Source: an uncultured Pseudomonadales bacterium (GTDB taxonomy: Bacteria; Patescibacteriota; Microgenomatia; UBA1400; PJMF01). From it: DNA of 64,000 bases. The position numbers were made by a program, and so were the translations under genes. The number at the start of each line of letters is the position of its first letter. Position 1 is the first letter of the stretch. Under the pieces are notes generated by a model. It did not search any database. It had not been told where the DNA came from and saw nothing but the letters and a program-made list of their open reading frames with translations. The DNA lies in assembly GCA_964645645.1 (NCBI GenBank), contig CAZYBC010000004.1, positions 5,148 to 69,147 on the forward strand, given 5' to 3'. Shown in pieces: positions 1-8,804 of the stretch.

Positions 1-2700
1 AGTGGCATTATTTGGCAAGCTATTTTGCAAGGTGATGGTGATCAACAAGTTACTTTAAATTCTGTTACCGTTACCGCTGAATTAGATAGTACTGCGCCAC
101 CAGTTAATGCCACTGCCGTAACTGTTATTGGAGCTGGTGCAGGTGGCTGGGTAAACACTGAACCAACTATTTCTTGGGCTAGTGGCTCTGACAATGATGG
201 AGGATCAAGAATTCTAGGCTATTGTATTGCTTTAGATGAAGTTAACATTGATTCAGCCAGCAATACACTTAATCCTGCTACCCAAGCTGGTTCTGTCATG
301 GAAGTTGACGGTAGTGTCATTGATGACGGAGTTGAATCGGCAGCTTGTCCATATATTGTTATTGGAAATAGTGTTAATTTAGCCAATATTACAGGTTTAA
401 CTTTAACTTCTGGCAAACAATACTATTTTAGTATTAAAGCTTTAGATAATGCTGGGAATATCTTTTCTGGGAGCAGTGAAGATTATCAAGATTTAGCTAC
501 TTTCAAAATTGATAATACCGCACCTAGCAATCCAGCATATATTTCTTTACCTGGTGATTTTATTGCCACCAAAAGTGCTACTTTATCTTGGCCAATTTCT
601 GGCGGTCAACAAGCCAGCGATGATGCTTCTGGAGTAGCTGGTTTTCAATATCGAATTGGCACCAGCGGCACTTGGTATGGTGATATTCACAATGGCAATC
701 AGAATTCTACTGATCTTCTTACTAATGACGGCAACTATGAATTCACCCAAGCCTATGATTTTGCTAATATTGCCGAAGGGACTAACTTGATCCAATTCCG
801 TACCTATGACAATGCTGGCAATGTTTCTAGTGTTGTCATTACTGGACTTTTAAAAATTAATACCACTGCTCCAAGTGAGCCAGCTAATCTTACAGTTACT
901 CCTAGTACCAATACTGTTAATTCTTTTGCTTTTGATTGGGATGTTCCAGCTACTTATTCTGGTAATATTGATGAATTTACATATTGTTACACTGTTAATA
1001 CCTTACCTTCAGCAACAACCTGTAATTGGACTGCAGCAGGTGTAACAGAATTAACAGCCGATGCTTACGCTACTCAGCCTGGATCAAACGTTTTTTATTT
1101 AGTCAGTAAAAGTGATGCTGGCACAGTTAATTATGAAAACTATGCTTCTATCACCTTTACTGCTAATACTTCTGCACCAAGTATTCCCCAAAACCTAGAC
1201 ATCGCTGATGTAAGCGTCAAAGCTACCAGCTCTTGGAAATTAGCTTTAGCCTGGGAAGCTCCTAGCAGTTTGGGAGCTGGAGTGGAGTACTATCAAGTTT
1301 ATCATTCTACAGATAACAGCACGTTTACTTCAGAATCCACTGTTTATGACATTTCTTATGTTGATACAGGTTTGTCTCAAGTGACCCATTACTATAAAGT
1401 AAGAGCCTGTGATAGCGCTAATAATTGTGGAGCATTTACCTCAGCAGTTTCTCTTTATCCTGATGGAAAATATACTACTTCACCAAGTTTAAATTCTGGA
1501 CCTAGCGCGAGTAATTTAACTACCAAAAAAGCTACGATCAGTTGGACTACTAGCCGTACATCTGACAGTAAAGTTGCTTATGGTCTTAAAAGTGGGAGTT
1601 ATTATGACGAAGAACCTTCTAATTCTAGCCAAGTCACTGATCACTCAATTAAATTAACTAATCTTTCTCCAGGTACTACTTACTACTATAAAGCCAAATG
1701 GACAGATGAAGATGGCAATACTGGCGAATCAGATGAAAAAACCTTTACTACTAATCCAGCTCCTTCTATTTCAGCCGTAGAAGCTACTGACACTGGCTTG
1801 TCTTCTACTTTAATCACTTTCACTGTTAAAAATGCCGTTAAGGCTAAAATTCTTTATGGTAAAACTGCCAATTATGGTGGTTCTCAAGAAGTCACGACAT
1901 CTACGCTAGAATCAACTTACTCAATTAAATTAGAAGATTTGGACGATGATTCAGAATATCACTATAAATTAGTGCTGTTAGATACTGAAAATGCTGAATA
2001 TGAGTTTGAAGACCATGTCTTCCAAACTTTACCTAGACCAAGAATTAGTAACGTTCAAATAGAAGAAATCAAAGGAGCAGCTCAACCAGCTGTATTAGTT
2101 AGTTGGGAATCCAATACAGGCATTTCCAGTATTATCAATTACTACCCAATTGATAATGCTAAGGAAACTCTTAACCAAGTAAATATCGAATTAATTAAAG
2201 GTGAACATCAAATGTTACTAAAAAATTTAAAAGCTGAGACTCAATATCAGATGTATATTAAAGGTGTTGATAAAATTGGTAATGAGGCTGTTTCTAGTTT
2301 AACTACTTTTACCACTGCCACTGATACTCGTCCTCCAGTTATCTATAACCTTAAAATTAGCACAGCTACTCAAGGTGAAGGGGCAGAGGCCCAGGCTCAA
2401 CTTTTAATTTCTTTTGATACCGATGAAGAATCAACTACACAGATTGAATTTGGAGAAGGTAGCCAAGAGACTTATTCTCACCGTACTCAATTAGATACAG
2501 ATTTAACCTTACATCACTTTACAATCGTGCCTAATTTGTCTCCAGCCAAAGTCTATCACTTACGAGCTTTAACTAAAGATAAGGCTGGTAATGAAACTGC
2601 GTCAATTGATAAAGTTATGGTCACTGGTAGAGCAACTGATAATGCCTTAGATTTGGTCATTAATAATTTATTTGAAATATTTGGATTTCTAAGAAAATAA
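1..2700 (+). CDS. Large secreted Fn3/Ig-like repeat surface protein, 5'-truncated by window edge
   Basis: Frame open from base 1. Repeated Fn3 / purple-acid-phosphatase-N-like modules (SWTT..SDSKVAYG, LTNLSPGTTYYYKAKWTD, DNTAP). Paralog of 35705-38872. Confidence 0.85.
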   Translation, partial: SGIIWQAILQGDGDQQVTLNSVTVTAELDSTAPPVNATAVTVIGAGAGGWVNTEPTISWASGSDNDGGSRILGYCIALDEVNIDSASNTLNPATQAGSVMEVDGSVIDDGVESAACPYIVIGNSVNLANITGLTLTSGKQYYFSIKALDNAGNIFSGSSEDYQDLATFKIDNTAPSNPAYISLPGDFIATKSATLSWPISGGQQASDDASGVAGFQYRIGTSGTWYGDIHNGNQNSTDLLTNDGNYEFTQAYDFANIAEGTNLIQFRTYDNAGNVSSVVITGLLKINTTAPSEPANLTVTPSTNTVNSFAFDWDVPATYSGNIDEFTYCYTVNTLPSATTCNWTAAGVTELTADAYATQPGSNVFYLVSKSDAGTVNYENYASITFTANTSAPSIPQNLDIADVSVKATSSWKLALAWEAPSSLGAGVEYYQVYHSTDNSTFTSESTVYDISYVDTGLSQVTHYYKVRACDSANNCGAFTSAVSLYPDGKYTTSPSLNSGPSASNLTTKKATISWTTSRTSDSKVAYGLKSGSYYDEEPSNSSQVTDHSIKLTNLSPGTTYYYKAKWTDEDGNTGESDEKTFTTNPAPSISAVEATDTGLSSTLITFTVKNAVKAKILYGKTANYGGSQEVTTSTLESTYSIKLEDLDDDSEYHYKLVLLDTENAEYEFEDHVFQTLPRPRISNVQIEEIKGAAQPAVLVSWESNTGISSIINYYPIDNAKETLNQVNIELIKGEHQMLLKNLKAETQYQMYIKGVDKIGNEAVSSLTTFTTATDTRPPVIYNLKISTATQGEGAEAQAQLLISFDTDEESTTQIEFGEGSQETYSHRTQLDTDLTLHHFTIVPNLSPAKVYHLRALTKDKAGNETASIDKVMVTGRATDNALDLVINNLFEIFGFLRK

Positions 2701-2703
2701 GCC

Positions 2704-3447
2704 ATGACTAAAAAAGAAATTCTAACTATCAAAGACGTTACCAAAAATTTTGTCGTGGGCAAACAAAAAATTGAAATTATTAAAAAAGCCTCTTTTACAA
2801 TTTACGAACAAGACTTTGTCATTATCTTTGGCCCTTCTGGTTGTGGTAAAAGCACGTTGCTCCACATTATGTTAGGCTTAGAAGAACCAAGTAGTGGTCA
2901 AGTTAACCTGCTAGGACAAAACTTATACCATTTAGATGAAGATAACCGAGCTGAATTGCGTAAAAAACAAATTGGGATGATTTATCAGCAAGCATTTTGG
3001 ATGCAATCCAGAACTGTTTTACAAAATGTTGCATTTCCTTTAACTCTCTTAGGCAAACCGCGTAGTGTTGCTTATGAACGAGCCTTAGAAAGTTTAAAAT
3101 TAACTGGAATGGACAATTGGCAAAATTATTTTCCAACTGAACTTTCTTCTGGGCAACAACAAAAGGTTTCTTTAGCTAGAGCATTAATTAATAATCCAAC
3201 TTTAATTGTAGCGGACGAACCAACTGGTAACCTAGATAGCGGCTCAAGTTTAGAATTAATGAATTTAATGAATAAACTTAACCACGCTGGTAAAACTATT
3301 ATCATGGTTACTCATGACCTAGAGTTTTTGAAATTTGGAAGTAGAGTAGTAGAAATGAAAGATGGAGAAGTTATTCAAGAATTAACCAATAATCATAGCG
3401 AAATCAAAAAAGCCAGTCAAAATGGCAAAAAACATTTATTAACATGA
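2704..3447 (+). CDS. ABC transporter ATP-binding protein (LolD/MacB-like)
   Basis: Walker [10 protein letters not shown], signature LSSGQQQ, Walker [16 protein letters not shown]. Confidence 0.95.
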   Translation: MTKKEILTIKDVTKNFVVGKQKIEIIKKASFTIYEQDFVIIFGPSGCGKSTLLHIMLGLEEPSSGQVNLLGQNLYHLDEDNRAELRKKQIGMIYQQAFWMQSRTVLQNVAFPLTLLGKPRSVAYERALESLKLTGMDNWQNYFPTELSSGQQQKVSLARALINNPTLIVADEPTGNLDSGSSLELMNLMNKLNHAGKTIIMVTHDLEFLKFGSRVVEMKDGEVIQELTNNHSEIKKASQNGKKHLLT

Positions 3448-5450
3448 AAAATCTCGGTCAAAAATTAATTAAATATTCTTTATCTGCACTTAAAAATTTC
3501 CAGGAAATTTTTATCTTTTTTCTATTATTAAATTGTTTTTTTATCAATCAGCTATTTAGCAAAATTACAAATATAAATAAGTTACCAACTTTGATTAAAC
3601 AAATTGTTCACAATTGTCAGCAGATTGTACTAAAGGTTATGAACAAACTGGATAGAGGAAGCCGTGACAGTATTTCTCAAACTGAGATTATCCAAATTTC
3701 TCTTGAAAATATGTTTGTTAAAACTACCAGAACCGCAATTACAGTAGGAGGTATGAGCATTGCTATTGCCGTGATTGTTTTTTTAGTTTCTATTGGTTAT
3801 GGTTTACAAGATTTAGTTGTTTCTAGAGTTAGTAAATTAGAAGAAATGCAACAAACTGATGTGACTACTGGAGATGTAGGCAACTTATTTATTAATGATG
3901 AAAGCCTCAATGTTTTTTCTGGCATTAATCATGTTAAAGCTGTTTACCCAATTATTTCTTTAGTTGGAAAAGTCAGCATCAAAGAATCAGCCACCGAAGT
4001 AGTCATTAATGGCGTTACAAGCGATTATCTTAAAAACTCTGCTCTTAAAACCAGCAAAGGATATATTTTTGAAAATAAAGATACCACTCAGCCAGTCGCT
4101 GATAAAAAATTAACACTTACTCCTAGCCAAAACGTCGAGCCAGATATAAATGTGCTAATCGGTGAAGTTGAATTTTATCTTGATCAAAATCAATGGTTAG
4201 CAGTTAGAGAAGAACCTCAAAACAATGCCACTATCATTGGCTATACTCAACGCATCAATAGCCGAGCTCAAAATGGAGAAGAAGTCTGGGGAGAAAGTTA
4301 TAATAATGAGGAAACAACTGGCCAAGCTAGTGAGAGCGCTACTGGCCAAAAACTCGGTAAATGGATTAAAAGCGAAGTGGCTCTATGGGAAAAAACTGCT
4401 TGCGATGAAAGTAATTCTGATTGTATTAACGGCCAGTACTTAATGATTAGAGACAATAGCCAACAGCAACTAAAACAGATAGGTTATTTAACTGAAAATA
4501 AATTAACTGCCTATAGTTTAGTCAAACCACTGGGCGCCGAGACCAATAACACCATTAATGAAAACCAAAGCCAATCAATTGATGACCAAATTAAAGAATT
4601 AACTTCTCAAAACAAAGAAGAAGTTAGCAAAACTGAAAAAATAAAATTAAGTGATGAAGCTCAAAAAGAAATTATTGTTAATAATGCCATGGTGCAATTA
4701 TTAGGTGAAAATCTAGATAGCATTCTTAATAAAGAGATTGAAATTACCTTTATAGTTACCAGTGATCTAACCACTGGCCAACAAAATAAAAAAGTTGAAT
4801 CTTTTCCTGCTAAATATAAAGTGATTGGCATTATTAATAATGGCACTAATGCCATGGCTTGGGTACCCTTTACAGATCTACGCTCTTTAGGCATTAATAA
4901 TTATTCTAGTGCTAGAGTCATTTTGGATACAGATAAAAACCTAACAATTGTAAGAACTCAGATTGAGAATATGGGCTATAAAACAAATTCAGTGGCGGAC
5001 ACTGTTACTAAAATAAAAAATCTCTTTACTACTTTTAGAATTACCCTTGCTGCTATTGGAATGGCATCTTTAGGTGTAGCTGCACTGGGAATGTTTAACA
5101 CCTTAACAATTTCACTCTTAGAAAGAACCAGAGAAGTAGGCGTCATGAAAGCCATTGGCATGAAATCTAGAGAAGTTAGAGATTTATTTTTATCAGAATC
5201 AATGATCATGGGTTTTATGAGTGGTATTTTAGGAATTATCATTGGTTTTGTAGCTGGAAAAGTCACTGGTTTATTACTCTCTGTATTTTCACTCACTAAA
5301 GGTTATGGTTTATTGAATATTACTTCATTACCACTTTCTTTTATCTTGATAATTATGTTTTTATCAATTACAGTTGGATTTGTGACTGGTATCTATCCAG
5401 CTAATCGAGCGAAAAAAGTATCAGCATTAAATGCGGTGAGATATGAATGA
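3444..5450 (+). CDS. MacB/FtsX-type ABC permease with large extracytoplasmic insert
   Basis: N-terminal TM, large outer domain, C-terminal ERTREVGVMKAIG...YPANRAKKVS FtsX motif. Confidence 0.92.
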   Translation: MKNLGQKLIKYSLSALKNFQEIFIFFLLLNCFFINQLFSKITNINKLPTLIKQIVHNCQQIVLKVMNKLDRGSRDSISQTEIIQISLENMFVKTTRTAITVGGMSIAIAVIVFLVSIGYGLQDLVVSRVSKLEEMQQTDVTTGDVGNLFINDESLNVFSGINHVKAVYPIISLVGKVSIKESATEVVINGVTSDYLKNSALKTSKGYIFENKDTTQPVADKKLTLTPSQNVEPDINVLIGEVEFYLDQNQWLAVREEPQNNATIIGYTQRINSRAQNGEEVWGESYNNEETTGQASESATGQKLGKWIKSEVALWEKTACDESNSDCINGQYLMIRDNSQQQLKQIGYLTENKLTAYSLVKPLGAETNNTINENQSQSIDDQIKELTSQNKEEVSKTEKIKLSDEAQKEIIVNNAMVQLLGENLDSILNKEIEITFIVTSDLTTGQQNKKVESFPAKYKVIGIINNGTNAMAWVPFTDLRSLGINNYSSARVILDTDKNLTIVRTQIENMGYKTNSVADTVTKIKNLFTTFRITLAAIGMASLGVAALGMFNTLTISLLERTREVGVMKAIGMKSREVRDLFLSESMIMGFMSGILGIIIGFVAGKVTGLLLSVFSLTKGYGLLNITSLPLSFILIIMFLSITVGFVTGIYPANRAKKVSALNAVRYE

Positions 5451-5451
5451 T

Positions 5452-5695
5452 GTTATTGATCATAGGCTTTGTAAACACACCGCGAGCGGAATGGTTTACA
5501 AAGCCTATGATCAATAACTTAATTAAACACGCCGCAGGCGGAACGATTTACAAGATCTAATATTAGCTATTCTAGTTAAACGCACCGCAGGCGGAACGAT
5601 TTAGAAAGAACAATACTAAGATCATAACTTGATATTTTTTAAATGCACCGCAAGCGGAATGGTTTAAGCTAATTCCTTTATTAAAAAATCAAGTT
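5452..5695 (+). repeat. Array of four 27-bp palindromic motifs (5472-5498, 5524-5550, 5577-5603, 5640-5666); the first lies inside a perfect 25-bp stem
   Basis: Core TAAAYRCRCCGCRRGCGGAAYGRTTTA. Arms GTTATTGATCATAGGCTTTGTAAAC 5452-5476 and reverse complement 5494-5518. Confidence 0.9.
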
Positions 5696-5713
5696 TAAAA
5701 TAAAACTAGACTT

Positions 5714-6067
5714 ATGAACTTACTTTTTTTTACTTTATCTGCTTTGTTAAGTTATCGTTTTAATAGTTCTTTATCTAGACAAGGACATAAGATTAATAAA
5801 AGAATGCCGTATTTAAAAGTTAAATGTTTTCAGTTTAGTCCTAACATCAAAATTATTCTTAAAAGTAGAACTATTCACCTTCATCATTGGTTTACTTACT
5901 CAATTATTTTAATTATTACCCTTACTTTTAAGGCTGGATTTTTAGATAGCTTATTTTCTCAAGGTTTTTTATTAGGTGGCATTATTCAGGGTTTAACTTT
6001 TCCAGACTGGAAAAAATTTGTCATTAAAAATGAAGAACTTGAATCAAACCGTCAATTAAAACTATGA
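5714..6067 (+). CDS. Small membrane protein with HLHHW motif, function unknown
   Basis: 117-aa ORF with hydrophobic segments; overlaps start of ZIP gene by 4 nt. Confidence 0.65.
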   Translation: MNLLFFTLSALLSYRFNSSLSRQGHKINKRMPYLKVKCFQFSPNIKIILKSRTIHLHHWFTYSIILIITLTFKAGFLDSLFSQGFLLGGIIQGLTFPDWKKFVIKNEELESNRQLKL

Positions 6068-6816
6068 ACAATATCTTGATACCTTTATCACTTTCATTTT
6101 TAGCTGGAATCTGTACAGTTTTTGGAAGTTTTATTCTTTTTTTTATTAAAAATTTTAAAAAAAGTTATTTAAGTTTTTTTCTAGGAATTTCTGCTGGATC
6201 AATGATTTACCTTTCCTTTATGGAATTAATGCCAGAATCAGTTACTGAACTCGGCTTTGGACTAGCTAATACAATGTTTTTTTTAGGAATATTATTTATT
6301 GCAATTATAGATTTTATTGTTCCTCATCATTTTATAAACTATTGCTCAAAAAAAGGTATTAAATATAATAAACTGATGCTTTCAGGATTTATGGTTGCTG
6401 TAGCTATAACAATTCATAATTTTCCAGAAGGAATAGCAGTTTTTATGAGCTCATTAGGAAATACTCGTTTTGGCCTTTTAATTGCTTTTGCTACCGCTCT
6501 TCACAATATCCCAGAAGGAGTAGCAGTTGCCACACCAATTTATTTTGCTACTAAAAATAAATTTAAAGCTTTTAGCTATTCACTCCTAGCCGGTATTGCC
6601 GAACCATTAGGAGCCATTATTGCTTTTATTATTTTAAAACCTTATCTTTCCCCAATTTTTTTATCTTATATTTTCGCTTTCATCGCTGGAATAATGATTT
6701 ACATTAGCTTTGATGAATTATTACCATCTTGTTTTAAAAATAGCCAAGAACACACAGCAATTGCTGGTATTATTCTAGGCATGCTAATAATGGTTTTAAG
6801 TTTAAATTTTATTTAA
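6064..6816 (+). CDS. zupT: ZIP-family zinc/divalent metal transporter
   Basis: HNFPEG and HNIPEG motifs, multiple TM helices. Confidence 0.9.
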   Translation: MNNILIPLSLSFLAGICTVFGSFILFFIKNFKKSYLSFFLGISAGSMIYLSFMELMPESVTELGFGLANTMFFLGILFIAIIDFIVPHHFINYCSKKGIKYNKLMLSGFMVAVAITIHNFPEGIAVFMSSLGNTRFGLLIAFATALHNIPEGVAVATPIYFATKNKFKAFSYSLLAGIAEPLGAIIAFIILKPYLSPIFLSYIFAFIAGIMIYISFDELLPSCFKNSQEHTAIAGIILGMLIMVLSLNFI

Positions 6817-6856
6817 TTTTTTATTTTCTATAACACTAACATTTGATAAATAATAC

Positions 6857-6886
6857 TTGACTTTTATTGAATATCTATTCAATAAT
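6857..6886 (+). promoter_or_regulatory. sigma70-like promoter overlapped by palindromic operator TTATTGAATA-TC-TATTCAATAA
   Basis: TTGACT 6857-6862, AATAAT 6881-6886, inverted repeat 6864-6885; same core as 8121-8156. Confidence 0.6.
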
Positions 6887-6892
6887 GTTATT

Positions 6893-8095
6893 ATGCCCAA
6901 ATCTAAAAAACAACCAAATAATAAATTATTATTTTTACTAACATTCTGCTTAATTTCCCTATTTTTAATCATTTACTTAATTATAAATAAACCAATTTCT
7001 GTTTTTAAAAACTTAGAAAAAAAATCAACTATTAATGGATTGATGATGCTCATTGAGTTTGAAAAAATTGACGGCATTTTACAATGGGAAAAAGAATTAG
7101 ATAGTCGTAATTTAACAGCTCTAGTTAAAGTTCAAAACAATGTTTTAGAAGAATACCCAGAAGTTTTTGAAAGATTAGCCAGCAAAGGTTATGAAATTGC
7201 TGGAGGATACGATAAAGCTGCCTTTTGGGATATGTCTTATGAAGAACAATATAAATATTTAAAAGAAGCACAAGAAATAGTAGAAAAAACAACTCATAAA
7301 AAAATGAAAGTTTTTGGTAGCCGCTATTTTGCTTATGATGAAAACACGCTTAAAGCTGCTGATGAATTAGGTATTGAATATATTTTAGGGAGAGGAACTC
7401 AAGATGTTTTAGCTCTTATTTATGCTCCTCAAGAATATAATATTAAAATTATTTCTGTTACTAATGTTGAAAATGGAGAAATGGGACGGGGTTCGTTATG
7501 CGATTATAGTCTTTGGGCTAGAGGAGCTGATTCAAAAGAATTTGCCCAAATTTTAACAGAAAGTATTGCTAAGAAACCAAAAAACATGATTTTAGTTTCT
7601 CATGCTTATCTGGGTGGGACTAGACTGGAGTGGTGGGAAGAATATAAACAAATCTTAGAATCTGACCAAATATCTTGGGTAGATTTTGATACTTGGGTAA
7701 ATAAACAAAACATTTTAACAATCTCAAATACTGATATTCCAATCAATCGAGAAGTAAAATATGTCCAACCTCAACCAGCTAAGGATATGGAAGAATATGC
7801 TCCAATTCCATCTTTAGAACAGAATGAATTAGTCATATTTCATAATGGATTAGGAGAAATGTGTTTAGAGGCTTTAAAATTTTTTAAACAACATCAAATT
7901 AAATTTATAGAATACTTAAACACAGACAAAAATTTTGCTAACCTACTAGCTAATTATCAAAAAGTATATCCCAATAGTGAAGGTGAATCAGATAGCTACC
8001 AATATTTTCCAGTCATTTTTTACAAAGGAAAAGCTTATTCTGGATTCAACGAAAAAATCAGAAATGAAATCTTAAAAAATTCTTCGAGAAAATAA
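6893..8095 (+). CDS. Membrane-anchored polysaccharide-deacetylase-like protein with C-terminal thioredoxin/glutaredoxin-like domain
   Basis: N-terminal TM; NodB-like segments (YPEVFERLASKGYEIA, AYDENTLKAADELG); C-terminal GEMC...FPVIFYKGKAYSGF. ATG 6893 preferred over the TTG 6857 call. Confidence 0.6.
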   Translation: MPKSKKQPNNKLLFLLTFCLISLFLIIYLIINKPISVFKNLEKKSTINGLMMLIEFEKIDGILQWEKELDSRNLTALVKVQNNVLEEYPEVFERLASKGYEIAGGYDKAAFWDMSYEEQYKYLKEAQEIVEKTTHKKMKVFGSRYFAYDENTLKAADELGIEYILGRGTQDVLALIYAPQEYNIKIISVTNVENGEMGRGSLCDYSLWARGADSKEFAQILTESIAKKPKNMILVSHAYLGGTRLEWWEEYKQILESDQISWVDFDTWVNKQNILTISNTDIPINREVKYVQPQPAKDMEEYAPIPSLEQNELVIFHNGLGEMCLEALKFFKQHQIKFIEYLNTDKNFANLLANYQKVYPNSEGESDSYQYFPVIFYKGKAYSGFNEKIRNEILKNSSRK

Positions 8096-8103
8096 TATCT
8101 CTC

Positions 8104-8156
8104 TTGACATTTAGCTTCCATACAATTATATTGAATACTTATTCAATATAATTGTA
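8104..8156 (+). promoter_or_regulatory. Promoter overlapped by perfect 17-bp inverted repeat (candidate operator)
   Basis: TTGACA 8104-8109, 17-nt spacer, TATATT 8127-8132. TACAATTATATTGAATA-CT-TATTCAATATAATTGTA 8121-8156. Confidence 0.7.
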
Positions 8157-8178
8157 AAAATGAAAGGATAAATACAAT

Positions 8179-8370
8179 ATGCCAAGATTTGATAAAACAG
8201 GCCCACAAGGACAAGGTCCAAAAACTGGAAGAGGCATGGGAGAATGCGAAAAAAATGAAAAAAAGACAAAAAGAGGATTTGGAAGATGTTGTGATAAATA
8301 TGGTAGAGGTATGGGGAGATTTGCAGGAAAAAATATTGAGCAAATAGAAGAAAAAAATACTGATGCCTAG
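8179..8370 (+). CDS. DUF5320-like Gly/Arg-rich small protein
   Basis: MPRFDKTGPQGQGPKTGRGMGEC N-terminus; AGGA RBS upstream. Confidence 0.75.
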   Translation: MPRFDKTGPQGQGPKTGRGMGECEKNEKKTKRGFGRCCDKYGRGMGRFAGKNIEQIEEKNTDA

Positions 8371-8641
8371 AAATAAAATCCCCCGTTGTATACAGTTTAA
8401 TTCTAATGTTGTTTATTTTAAACCTCAGGGTATTCCACTAAAAATACTGGAAGAAGTCGTCCTTTTAGTTGAGGAGGTTGAAGCTTTAAGGCTTTACGAG
8501 GTCGATAACTTAAACCAAATAAATGCTGCTGAAAAAATGAAAATCTCACAGCCAACTTTTGCGAGAATCTTAGCTAGTGCAAATAAAAAAATTGCTGAGG
8601 CAATTGTTAAAGGTAAAGCTATTAGGATTTTATATCAATAA
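8363..8641 (+). CDS. DUF134 (UPF0251) predicted DNA-binding protein
   Basis: MPR...FKPQGIP...EEVEALRL...AAEKMKISQPTFARIL...A..KIAEAIV.GKAI. Confidence 0.85.
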   Translation: MPRNKIPRCIQFNSNVVYFKPQGIPLKILEEVVLLVEEVEALRLYEVDNLNQINAAEKMKISQPTFARILASANKKIAEAIVKGKAIRILYQ

Positions 8642-8663
8642 AAATTTGTAAAAATTTTCAATA

Positions 8664-8697
8664 GACTTACTGCAAAATTTTATTTCGCAGTAAGTTT
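8664..8697 (+). terminator. Probable intrinsic terminator
   Basis: ACTTACTGC...GCAGTAAGT stem just after the DUF134 stop. Confidence 0.5.
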
Positions 8698-8804
8698 ATT
8701 AATTAAGCCAATCTTTGCCCATAGTTAAAATGAGTAAAACTCTAGCTTATCATAAATGGTTCTGTAGCAAAAAAACCTAGCTATCTGTTTTTTTTCTGTT
8801 TATA

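Noticed and set aside
5472-5666. CRISPR array
   Set aside because: Repeats are degenerate, spacers are uneven (25, 26, 36 nt) and partly form stem arms, the spacers are homologous to those at 32759-32897, and no cas genes are present
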